DNA of 64,000 nucleotides from the NCBI GenBank assembly GCA_041660125.1, contig JBAZWY010000022.1, positions 2,035 through 66,034 on the forward strand. Reading direction: 5' to 3'. The notes below the pieces were generated by a model. It saw only the letters and a program-made list of their open reading frames with translations, had not been told where the DNA came from and made no database searches. The stretch comes from Lentimicrobiaceae bacterium. GTDB lineage: Bacteria; Bacteroidota; Bacteroidia; Bacteroidales; UBA4417. Shown one piece after another: positions 54,622 to 63,904 of the stretch. Positions within the stretch are counted from its first letter, which is position 1, and every line of letters begins with the position of its first letter. The position numbers and the translations under genes are program-made.

Positions 54622-57597
54622 TTAAAAAATAACGTTTACACCTAAAGTTACTGAAGTAGAGCGTGGATAATAACTCAATGGCTCCATCCCGGGAGCTAAC
54701 CCGCTTAAACCCACTTCCGGGTCAAGGCCTTTATAGCCGGTTATGGTAAATACATTCTGGGCAGTAATGTTAACCCTGATTTTTGAAATATATTTCAAAC
54801 TGAAAGGGATGTTATATCCGAGCGATATATTATCGAGCTTAAGATAGGTTGCTTTTTCAATATATTTCGACGAATATTGTGCTTTACCAGTGAATTCAGG
54901 GTTATCGAGTTGTGTGTGTACTATATTCTTACCGAGTACCACCCAATTCTCGTAATATAGCCGGTAGGTATTCAATACTTCGCCTCCTATCTGGGCCCTT
55001 AACGAAAAGTTTAAATCCCAGTCTTTATAGGTAAGCATATTACTCCATCCCAGGATACAAAACGGCATCGCATTGCCGATCGGACCGATGAATGCTTCAT
55101 TATAAAAAGTTGTTGTATCACTTTTATTTGTTTTTGCAATTGCTGTGTCATTTTTAAAAATATCATTACCCTTTGAATCAATTCCCAACCAGTCAGGCCC
55201 ATAGAATGTACCGATTGGTTCTCCTTCATAAAGACGCTCAACTTTTATAGGAAAATCGTTGTAAAGCTGGCCGGTTTCGATATATGGAGCTTTAAATTCA
55301 GCATTGGTAAATGAGATAAGCTTATTGTTATTTTTACTAAAAGTTACAGTAGTTGTCCAGTTAAAAGATTTCTGTTGAACAGCTATCGCATTTACTGAGA
55401 TTTCAACCCCATGATTTCCGATTACACCAACATTGGTAAACAATGATGGGTAAATATATGGCGGAACATTTACCGGATAGGTATAAAGCAGATCGGTGCT
55501 TTTGCGATAGTAATAGTCAAAAACGCCACTCACACGGTTATTCAGGATTGAAAAATCGACACCGGCATTAAGCTCCTGCTTCTTTTCCCAGCGGAGATCC
55601 GGGTTCGGGTTCGAAGTTGGTGCATAACTATTTATCCACTGCCCGTTGTATAAGAATTTCCCGGCTGATGCCATCATAATCAGTGACTGATAGTTAGCGA
55701 ATTCCTGGTTCCCAGTAGTACCGTACCCAACGCGGAGTTTAAGGTCGTTGATCCAGGAAACGTTGTTCATAAAATTCTCCTTATTCATCCGCCAGCCAAG
55801 ACTAGCCGCAGGGAACCAGCCCCATTTATTGTTTGCACCGAAGCGCGATGATCCTTCCTTGCGGAGCGAAACAGCAAGCAAGTATCGCTCGCTGTAATTG
55901 TACATAAGGCGACCAAAAAACGAGATGAGGGTACTGCTCTCTCTATAAGAGCCCATATATGCCTGACCAATACCCAAAGCTGAACCTGCCCCGATATTAT
56001 TCGGACCGTAAAGATCAGTATCGAATTTGCTGTTAACCATATATGATGAATTCGCATCCTGTGTCTGATAGGAGTAGCCGGCAAGAGCCTGGAGAGTATG
56101 TTTTTCAATTGTTTTAGTATAATTCAGGGTACTTTCGTATTGCAGGGAACTGTTTTTTCCGTTATCAATTTCGGCTTCACCAAATTGGCCCAGAATACTT
56201 GGGTAATACTTGGTTTTGTATGAGAGCATTTCATCATCCGTTTGGTCAATCGAAAGGAAATTGACCCATTTCAATGAATTAGCCAGTTTTAATGTAGCGC
56301 GGACATTAGCAGTACCTTCAATAGTCTTTCCGTTGACAGTCCGCTCATTAAGCATAGCAACCGGATTGTAATACGCATTCCCCGGCAACACTGTATAACC
56401 ACCTGAATTTATATTAGCAGAGTCATAAACAGGACTCGTCGGGTTACGGATAAATGCCTGGTAAAAAATATCATAATTGGCAGGTTTGTATTTACGCATA
56501 CCATAACTCAGGTTATAGTCGAGCAATAGAATGCCGCCAAAAGCTTTTTGCATAATATTAGTACGAACAAGGTATTTATTTGATTCATTGTTTTTAAGCA
56601 AACCATCCGACTTCTCAATATAAATATTTGTCCGGTGCGAAAAGTTTTCATTACCCCCGCTGATGGCTAAGTTATGTTTCTGGCTAAACGGGTTTGTATT
56701 AGTTATCTCTTTAAACCAATCCGTACTAGCGTTTAATATATTGACGGTATCGCCGTACTGTCTGATTGCTGTGCGGAATTCGTCGGCTGACAGGTTTTTA
56801 ACACTGCGTGGAGCTACTTGAAACGAAAACTGCCCGGTGTATTCAATTTTAGACTCGCCTGCCTTAGCACGTTTGGTGGTGATGATTATTACACCATTTG
56901 AACCACGTGTACCATAAATAGCTGCAGCTGCACCGTCTTTTAATACATCCATGGATTCAATTTCTTCAGGGCTTATATTCTTCATATCAGCACCGGCTAC
57001 CCCATCAATAATGATCAGGGGACCCTGCCCGGAAGTAAGTGTACCGGTACCACGGAGGATGATATTGGGATTTGCCATCGGATCGGAGCCGTTGGGATTC
57101 ACAATTGTTAATCCGGCTACTTTTCCCTGCAAAAGTCCCATCGGATTGGTATAAGCGCCCTTGTTAAACTGGTCAGATTTAACACTGGCAATTGCACCTG
57201 TGACTTCTTTTTTAGTGGTTGTCCCATACCCGATCACAACTACTCCCTCTATCGCCTGCGATATAATTTTGAGATGGGCATCAATGTTTTGTTGAGTGCC
57301 CACTTCTACTTCAAGCTTTTCATATCCAATGAATGAAAAAATGAGAGTTGCACCTAAGGGAACATCTAAGGAATATTTCCCGTTAATGTCAGTAACAGTT
57401 CCGGTTTGTGTACCTTTAATGGTAATACTGGCACCCGGAATAAGTTCATTGTTGTTAGCATCTGAAACGGTTCCTGAGACTTTGATTGCAGTTACTTCCT
57501 GGGCAATTGTATAACTTGTAGTAAATACAAACAGGAATGCAAGTGTAAGGCCAAATAAGCCGGATCTTAGTTTTACGTACCTCATGATTGTTTTCAT
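54622..57597 (-). CDS. SusC-family TonB-dependent receptor (no STN signalling domain)
   Basis: The ORF spans 54622-57696. The likely start is MKTIMRYVKLRSG at 57597. The signal peptide runs directly into a CarboxypepD_reg-like domain (VSGTVSDANNNELIPGASITIKGTQTGTVTDINGKYS), then a plug and barrel, ending in F. Confidence 0.9.
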   Translation of the reverse strand: MKTIMRYVKLRSGLFGLTLAFLFVFTTSYTIAQEVTAIKVSGTVSDANNNELIPGASITIKGTQTGTVTDINGKYSLDVPLGATLIFSFIGYEKLEVEVGTQQNIDAHLKIISQAIEGVVVIGYGTTTKKEVTGAIASVKSDQFNKGAYTNPMGLLQGKVAGLTIVNPNGSDPMANPNIILRGTGTLTSGQGPLIIIDGVAGADMKNISPEEIESMDVLKDGAAAAIYGTRGSNGVIIITTKRAKAGESKIEYTGQFSFQVAPRSVKNLSADEFRTAIRQYGDTVNILNASTDWFKEITNTNPFSQKHNLAISGGNENFSHRTNIYIEKSDGLLKNNESNKYLVRTNIMQKAFGGILLLDYNLSYGMRKYKPANYDIFYQAFIRNPTSPVYDSANINSGGYTVLPGNAYYNPVAMLNERTVNGKTIEGTANVRATLKLANSLKWVNFLSIDQTDDEMLSYKTKYYPSILGQFGEAEIDNGKNSSLQYESTLNYTKTIEKHTLQALAGYSYQTQDANSSYMVNSKFDTDLYGPNNIGAGSALGIGQAYMGSYRESSTLISFFGRLMYNYSERYLLAVSLRKEGSSRFGANNKWGWFPAASLGWRMNKENFMNNVSWINDLKLRVGYGTTGNQEFANYQSLIMMASAGKFLYNGQWINSYAPTSNPNPDLRWEKKQELNAGVDFSILNNRVSGVFDYYYRKSTDLLYTYPVNVPPYIYPSLFTNVGVIGNHGVEISVNAIAVQQKSFNWTTTVTFSKNNNKLISFTNAEFKAPYIETGQLYNDFPIKVERLYEGEPIGTFYGPDWLGIDSKGNDIFKNDTAIAKTNKSDTTTFYNEAFIGPIGNAMPFCILGWSNMLTYKDWDLNFSLRAQIGGEVLNTYRLYYENWVVLGKNIVHTQLDNPEFTGKAQYSSKYIEKATYLKLDNISLGYNIPFSLKYISKIRVNITAQNVFTITGYKGLDPEVGLSGLAPGMEPLSYYPRSTSVTLGVNVIF

Positions 57598-57598
57598 A

Positions 57599-58531
57599 TT
57601 AAGTTGTTGGTTGTTGTATTGTGAGTGATGATAATTCGGACCGGTATGGAATTGATGTTTGTGCACCCATACGTGTAACCGTGATTGCTGCAGCACGGGC
57701 AGCCAATTTTACGGAATCCAGAATTGATTTTCCTTCCGAAAGCCCGACACAAAAAGAACCACAAAAAGTATCTCCTGCCGCTGTTGTATCAAGCGCCTCA
57801 ACTTTAAAGGCTTCTACAAAATTATAATCTGAATATTCTTTAATTAATGCTCCCTGTGAACCAAGAGTGATAACAACAATATCAACACCTTTTGCGCTGA
57901 TGATGTCAGCAGCTTGTTTGGCAGATTCAATATCAGTTACTTTTATTCCGGAAAGGATTTCTGCTTCACTTTTATTAGGTATTATAATGTAGATATGTTT
58001 TAAAAGGTCATTGGACAGTGTCCTTGCCGGAGCAGGGTTTAAAATAACTTTGATGCCTTTTTTATTTGCCATTTCAGCAACATACTCAACGGTTTCGATA
58101 GGTATCTCAAGCTGCATTAAAACCAGGTCGCAGTTTTCAATTTCAGTACTCGCTTTGTCAATATCCACGGGATTAAGATAGGCGTTGGCACCTGAAGCAA
58201 CCACAATGCAGTTTTCTCCCAAAGAGTCAACAGTAATAAGGGCAACTCCAGAAGGATGCTTGGGATCCGATACGATAAAATCCGTTTTAATATTCTCAGC
58301 AGCATATAACATGACTGATTGCTTGCCAAAAACATCATTCCCTGTTTTGGAAATTAAAGTAACGTTTCCGCCCATGCGTGATGCAGCAACAGCCTGGTTT
58401 GCGCCTTTACCACCTGGGTTCATAAAAAAAGTACCACCTAAAATGGTTTCACCAGGCACGGGAAGCCTATCCGCTTTTATTACCATATCTGTATTACAAC
58501 TTCCAACAACAACGATTTTTTTTGATTGCAT
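57599..58531 (-). CDS. rbsK: Ribokinase (PfkB family)
   Basis: 310 aa. Motifs VVVGSCNTDM, PGGKGANQAVA and DTTAAGDTF (anion hole/catalytic Asp) are present. Confidence 0.88.
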   Translation of the reverse strand: MQSKKIVVVGSCNTDMVIKADRLPVPGETILGGTFFMNPGGKGANQAVAASRMGGNVTLISKTGNDVFGKQSVMLYAAENIKTDFIVSDPKHPSGVALITVDSLGENCIVVASGANAYLNPVDIDKASTEIENCDLVLMQLEIPIETVEYVAEMANKKGIKVILNPAPARTLSNDLLKHIYIIIPNKSEAEILSGIKVTDIESAKQAADIISAKGVDIVVITLGSQGALIKEYSDYNFVEAFKVEALDTTAAGDTFCGSFCVGLSEGKSILDSVKLAARAAAITVTRMGAQTSIPYRSELSSLTIQQPTT

Positions 58532-58553
58532 ATCCTTTCGATTTTATAAGCAA

Positions 58554-58561
58554 CAAAGATA
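58554..58561 (-). promoter_or_regulatory. Candidate Bacteroidota -7 promoter box TATCTTTG for the ribokinase-led operon
   Basis: It matches TAnnTTTG on the minus strand, 23 nt upstream of the ribokinase ATG, within a 390-bp AT-rich spacer. Confidence 0.35.
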
Positions 58562-58921
58562 TATCATGATAAACATGAAAAGTATCAATAATTTATACAA
58601 ATCGGTAATTATAAAATACACGTATTTATAAAATAAATTGTTTATAATATTGAATAACAGGTTATTAAATTATATTTTAATATGACAGATCATACATTAT
58701 GCTGTAATTTTAAACTAATAATGATGAATATTTTTATTCAATCTGTATATTTACAGCTTCTTAGCAGCTGTTTAAGTTTTATTACAAACCAAAGAAAGTT
58801 CATGAAGTATACTTTTCAGGGAGTAGAGGTCATTCTAATCCATTTCCCACGGAGGCTAACAGCACTTTCTTACCTTTTGTAATAAGCTAATTTCAAAAAC
58901 AATTAAAATCAATATTCCTCC

Positions 58922-60466
58922 ATGTCGAAATTTCAATCACTTGTGTTGCTTACTCAATCCATGTCTTTGGCTGAGAAGAAGGCATTCAGAATCCGTTCGT
59001 TACGCAACAAGGCAAGTACGGATTATATTATACTGTATGACATCATTGAGAAAAACAGGGAACTAACCACAGCATCATTATTAACTGAATTCCTGGAAGT
59101 TCGTCCGGGAGCTTCTTTTGAAACTACAGTGAAATACCTGTTCGAATTATTGCTCGACACAATGCTTGAATTGAAGAAAGAGCAGGATAGTTTCTATTTA
59201 CTTTTTAATAAGATATTAAAGGCTAAAATATTATATGAAAAATCCTTGTTTGATGAATGCTTCAGTATGCTTGATGATATTATTGATCAGGCCGAAAAGT
59301 ATGAAAACTATTATGCCATGCTTCTGGCCTCACGCTTGGAATTAGATTATTTGCTGGCGTTAAATTTCGCAAATCTGAACGAAAAAACACTTTTAAAAAA
59401 GCAATTCCGGGTGAATGAGGCTTTAAAGTATGTGCGTAAGATCAATGAACAGTCAGCACTTTATGAAAATCTGAAACACCGCATTGTTTATAAAGGCTAT
59501 GCCCGCTCGCAAAAGCAAAAGGACGAATTGAATGATCTGGTGTATAGCGAGATCAGTATAGTCGCTTCACAAAATCTGGATAGTTTCGAAATCAGTAAAC
59601 TTCATCAGCTTTTTCAATCGAACTACCTGATCAGTGTCGGCGACTATCAATCGGCATTAAACTCATACATTGAACTAAATAACCTTTTTGAAGCGAACAA
59701 ACATCTCTGGAGCAACCCACCGGTATATTATGTGCATACTCTCGAAGGCGTACTCGAAAGCCTTAGAAGCATTCATAACTATGAAGGGATGAACTATTTT
59801 ATTAACCAATTAAAGGCAATTGAATATCAATCAGCTAGCTTTAGAAATAACCTTACAAGCATTATATATTTATATGAGTTGTTTCCATTACTTGATCGTG
59901 GTGATTTTACAGCATCCATGTCGCTAGTGAATAAATATAAAGATACTTTATTTGATAAACTTTTTACACTCAACAGGGCCCGACAGGCTGAACTTTGCCT
60001 TTACACCGCATTAATTTATTTCGGAAATTCGGAATACCATAAAGCTCACAAGTTCCTGAACCAGATAATATTAAGAGGTAAAAACTATTACTATCTTCCT
60101 TTGTACAGGACTATTCGACTGGTAAACCTGATGATTTTATACAAATTGGGCGATTTTGATCTTATTAAGTATGAAATCCGATCGATGAAACGCGATTTAC
60201 TTGATGCCGCCAAGGATTATAAGATTGAGCGCTTTCTTTTTAAATTTTTAAGCAAGCAACTCCCGACAATTGCAAAAAAACGGGAGCACTTGCTTGAAAA
60301 GACCCTGAAAGAAATCGATGAAATAAACCAGGATGTATTTGAGAAACAGATATTAAGGATTTTTGATTTCACTGCATGGATTGAATCTCTCTTGCGGAAA
60401 GTTTCTTTATCAGATGTGTTGCATGGCAGAATAAATACTTACACTATTCCTGGCAATCAAGCTTAG
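58922..60466 (+). CDS. Hypothetical all-alpha (TPR/helical-repeat-like) protein
   Basis: 514-aa ORF rich in K, N, L, Y and F. It has no signal peptide, and I did not recognise an HTH or a catalytic motif. It is monocistronic with large spacers on both sides. Confidence 0.5.
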   Translation: MSKFQSLVLLTQSMSLAEKKAFRIRSLRNKASTDYIILYDIIEKNRELTTASLLTEFLEVRPGASFETTVKYLFELLLDTMLELKKEQDSFYLLFNKILKAKILYEKSLFDECFSMLDDIIDQAEKYENYYAMLLASRLELDYLLALNFANLNEKTLLKKQFRVNEALKYVRKINEQSALYENLKHRIVYKGYARSQKQKDELNDLVYSEISIVASQNLDSFEISKLHQLFQSNYLISVGDYQSALNSYIELNNLFEANKHLWSNPPVYYVHTLEGVLESLRSIHNYEGMNYFINQLKAIEYQSASFRNNLTSIIYLYELFPLLDRGDFTASMSLVNKYKDTLFDKLFTLNRARQAELCLYTALIYFGNSEYHKAHKFLNQIILRGKNYYYLPLYRTIRLVNLMILYKLGDFDLIKYEIRSMKRDLLDAAKDYKIERFLFKFLSKQLPTIAKKREHLLEKTLKEIDEINQDVFEKQILRIFDFTAWIESLLRKVSLSDVLHGRINTYTIPGNQA

Positions 60467-60818
60467 ATTTACTATTAAATCAATTGATGTGAATTACCTC
60501 CTAGAGGGGGAATAGCTGAATTATTTTCATTCATAATGATCATCCTGTAATTCTTTATAAATCCGCCGTAAATCAATTTTGACATTCTGTAAAACTTTTT
60601 AAGTCTACTGTAAAAAATCCGTAAAAATCATCCGGATTTTGTATCTAAAAATATAAATTGCTCTTTTTATAAGTCACAATACCGAAACTAAAAATTAAGT
60701 GACGCAAGTATAGATCGAAGAGAATTTTTTAAGTATGCTGAACAATATCTTGGAAATTAACCATGAGGCGTCAGGAGACGTGCAAGCACTGTTAATTTAC
60801 AACAGGTTTTATGATTCC

Positions 60819-60853
60819 AATCCCAGGTGGAGATAGTTGTCCGGGATTTTTTT
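60819..60853 (+). terminator. Rho-independent terminator-like hairpin inside an ORF-free spacer
   Basis: The stem AATCCC(A)GG...CCGGGATT is followed by a T7 run. It overlaps the stop codon of a 33-codon sORF (60735-60836). Confidence 0.5.
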
Positions 60854-61105
60854 GGTTCTAGTTTAGATACGACATTGAGTCAAATTCTGAATTTATTCTC
60901 TTAAGAAATAAGCCAGATCTTGACTATCATAACTCCTGGTAATCTTTTACAGAAGATAATTTCTTAAGTTTACATCAAACCTTTTACCTGATGTTAATCT
61001 GGTATTCAATTCGGAAATCATCTGAATACATTGTAATTAGACGGGCTGTTGTATTGGCTATGCAAGGATGCAGCTGAAGCTGCACCCTGCAATGCCGCAC
61101 CAAAT

Positions 61106-61714
61106 CTACTTTTTAGTTTCCCGTTCAATTAGTGAAGTCAATATCTGTGCATCTTCTATTTCATATCCCTGCTTTTGATATATGATTTTCCCCTCCTTAT
61201 TTATAAGGACATTGCGGGGGATATATTTCGTAAAGAATAAGTTATATATATTCTTTTCCGGATCAGGAGCCATTGGTAAAGTAAATCCGTGCTTCTCTTT
61301 AAATTTAACAACTTCCTCTTTCGTGTTTTTCCTGCCCAAAGCAAGGAAAATGATATTTCGGGATTTAAATTCGGGCCAAATCGTAGATTCAACTTCAGTC
61401 AATTCTTTCAAGCAGCCGGGGCAAGTATTTGAAAAAAAGATGAGAAGCACTGTTTTCCCTTTGAGTTTCGATATCTGGTAGGTTTTACCATCAACAGCCG
61501 TAACTGTGAAATCGGGCACAGCCTGACCTACTTTGGTTAGGTTGAATGAGCCCGGATCTTCTTTTTCCTTCTTACTTGTATCTGCCTTCTTGGTTGAGTC
61601 TTCCTTATTAATTGCATTTCCCGTCTTATTTACATTTTCCGTTTTACTCGTACATGCAGTCAGGCATACTCCAGCTACGACAAGCATCATTACTATTTTT
61701 TTTAGCATTTTCAT
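61106..61714 (-). CDS. TlpA/ResA-like thioredoxin-fold thiol:disulfide oxidoreductase (lipoprotein)
   Basis: 202 aa with lipobox LTACTS. A Lys/Glu-rich linker is followed by a thioredoxin fold with the CxxC motif NTCPGC. Confidence 0.8.
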   Translation of the reverse strand: MKMLKKIVMMLVVAGVCLTACTSKTENVNKTGNAINKEDSTKKADTSKKEKEDPGSFNLTKVGQAVPDFTVTAVDGKTYQISKLKGKTVLLIFFSNTCPGCLKELTEVESTIWPEFKSRNIIFLALGRKNTKEEVVKFKEKHGFTLPMAPDPEKNIYNLFFTKYIPRNVLINKEGKIIYQKQGYEIEDAQILTSLIERETKK

Positions 61715-61947
61715 AAATTTGTTAGTGAAACTTGAATTAAGTTAATTTAAAAATTTAAATTAGGCATGCATTTATAATGAAACAGGCACAGGTAAAAATA
61801 AGACTAGTGCTGTAGTAATAAATCTGGTTACTTATATTTCCAAGCTAAGTTTATCAATGTAATAGCAAGCATTTTTGTTTGCTTGTTAATTTTTCGTTTA
61901 TGTTTGTAATCTTAAAATGAAGATTAAATGCTAATAAGTGCTTAAAT

Positions 61948-62502
61948 ATGGAAACCGAAATCCTCACTAAATTAAGCAAAGGAGATAAAACAGCATTTAA
62001 ATATGTTTTCGATATGTACTATAGTAGTATATGTTTATTTATTAAAAAATACAATTTTGATATTGAACAAGCCGAGGATATTGCACAGGAAGTATTTATC
62101 AAAATTTGGGAAAAGAAATTAATTTTTAAAAATTCACTGACTTTTAAAGCATACCTGTATCAAACTGCCAAGAATTTAGCTCTTAATGTCTTACAACACG
62201 AAGCTGTTAAGAAAAGATATCAGGAACAATTTTCCTACAATTTAGAATCAGAAGATTTCTTTTTTCAAACCTTCATTGAGCAGGATTCGTATCGTTTAAT
62301 ATTACAAGTAGTTGATAAGTTAAATCCGCGCGCAAAAGAAGTACTTTATTTAAACCTTGAAGGTCTAAAAAACCAGGAGATAGCAAACCAGTTGGGAATT
62401 TCAATTAATACTGTCAGAGCCCACAAAGTTTCTGCATACAAATTTCTGAAAATGAATCTGAGAGATTTAGTTCTTTTAATCCTTTTCCTTCTATTTAGGT
62501 AG
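61948..62502 (+). CDS. ECF-type RNA polymerase sigma-70 factor
   Basis: 184 aa. Region 2 (AEDIAQEVFIKIWEK) and region 4 HTH (LKNQEIANQLGISINTVRAHKVSAYKFL) are present. A FecR-like gene follows. Confidence 0.9.
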   Translation: METEILTKLSKGDKTAFKYVFDMYYSSICLFIKKYNFDIEQAEDIAQEVFIKIWEKKLIFKNSLTFKAYLYQTAKNLALNVLQHEAVKKRYQEQFSYNLESEDFFFQTFIEQDSYRLILQVVDKLNPRAKEVLYLNLEGLKNQEIANQLGISINTVRAHKVSAYKFLKMNLRDLVLLILFLLFR

Positions 62503-62582
62503 TTTACGCTTCTGCAGGTTTACAAAAAAACAAAATTCCACTAGTCCCCTTTTTTTCATTAACTGTTTAATAAGTATCATTT

Positions 62583-63773
62583 ATGGATATGCAAAAAGAA
62601 AACAAACTTAAAATTCCTGATATTATTATTAAAGAACTAAATCAGGAAACCAATTTGGAGGAGAAAATGATTCTTCATGAATGGTTATCTCAATCTGAAA
62701 ATAACATACTATTGTTTGAGAGACTTAAACAAAAGGAAAATCTTGTATCAGTTGTAAAAGAGCGAAATAAAATAAATAAACAGGATGCCTGGGAAAAGAT
62801 TAATGCAGAGATCATGCGAATAGAGCCAGGCAATAGATTTAGTATTCTGCGTATGCTTAGGTATGCTGCTATTATTGTAATTCCTTTACTCATAGCGTCA
62901 TACTTTCTTTTACATAAAAAGTCACTGAATAGTAATCCCCCTATTTCTTTTAGCGCACTTGAAAAACAGGTTCAGGATTTCGACCAATCTTCCTTAATAA
63001 CATCAAATGGTGAAATAATCACTCTTGGAGCTTCGAAAGACTCAATTTTTGAAATTGATGCCACCAAAATTACAAAGGGCGTAGCGAATATTTCTTATTC
63101 CACTGATAAATCACAAAATGATCAGGGAATTAAATACAATACGTTAGTTACACCTAAGAGTAAGGTCTTTAGTATAATTCTGGCTGACGGAACCAAAGTG
63201 TGGCTAAATGCCTCATCGGCAATTAAATATCCAACTCAATTCACCTCTGATGTCAGGAATGTTTATCTGACAGGTGAGGCATTTTTTGAGGTTGCTAAAG
63301 ATGCTTCAAAGCCATTCATTGTTTTTACTAAAAACATGTCGGTTGAAGCTCTGGGAACAGCTTTCAATGTTATGGCATACCCCGATGATGAAGTAACCGA
63401 AGCCACTTTAGTAAAAGGGGGAGTATCCGTCAAAACCGTAAAAAACGAATTAATTCTTGAGCCGGGAAATCAGGCAAGATTTAATAAAATAACAGAGAAC
63501 CTACAAAAAAGACTCATAAATGTTGAATTGTTCACATCCTGGAAAGATGGCAAGTACATTTTTGAATATGAAAATATAGAAACAGTGCTGACGAAAATAT
63601 CCAGATGGTATGATGTTGATGTCTCCTACTTAAACAATGATGTTAAGAAAATACATTTTTCGGGTACGCTGTTTAAATATAATGATATCAAACAAACATT
63701 GCATATAATTGAACTAGCTACAAATGTAAAAATAGATTTGGTCAATAATTCAATCCAGGTGAATAAAAAGTAA
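62583..63773 (+). CDS. FecR-family anti-sigma factor/sensor
   Basis: 396 aa with one transmembrane segment (AAIIVIPLLIASYFLL). The FecR periplasmic domain pattern is present (ILADGTKVWLNASS...LTGEAFFEV...PFIV). Confidence 0.9.
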   Translation: MDMQKENKLKIPDIIIKELNQETNLEEKMILHEWLSQSENNILLFERLKQKENLVSVVKERNKINKQDAWEKINAEIMRIEPGNRFSILRMLRYAAIIVIPLLIASYFLLHKKSLNSNPPISFSALEKQVQDFDQSSLITSNGEIITLGASKDSIFEIDATKITKGVANISYSTDKSQNDQGIKYNTLVTPKSKVFSIILADGTKVWLNASSAIKYPTQFTSDVRNVYLTGEAFFEVAKDASKPFIVFTKNMSVEALGTAFNVMAYPDDEVTEATLVKGGVSVKTVKNELILEPGNQARFNKITENLQKRLINVELFTSWKDGKYIFEYENIETVLTKISRWYDVDVSYLNNDVKKIHFSGTLFKYNDIKQTLHIIELATNVKIDLVNNSIQVNKK

Positions 63774-63904
63774 CCATAAAGCAAGAGGAGAATGCTGTAA
63801 CATCCTCCTCTTTGAATTGATTAGTTTGATTTAACAGAACACCTTTAAAAACACAATGCATATGAACCTAAAGTTGAACCAAAGTTAAACCAACCTGTAA
63901 AGTT

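Noticed and set aside
61948-63773. The ECF sigma/FecR pair as the regulator of the ARH PUL.
   Set aside because: The pair is separated from that operon by an unrelated gene, a 640-bp spacer and a convergent gene. It is followed by its own SusC gene, and the ARH-PUL SusC lacks the STN domain needed for anti-sigma coupling.
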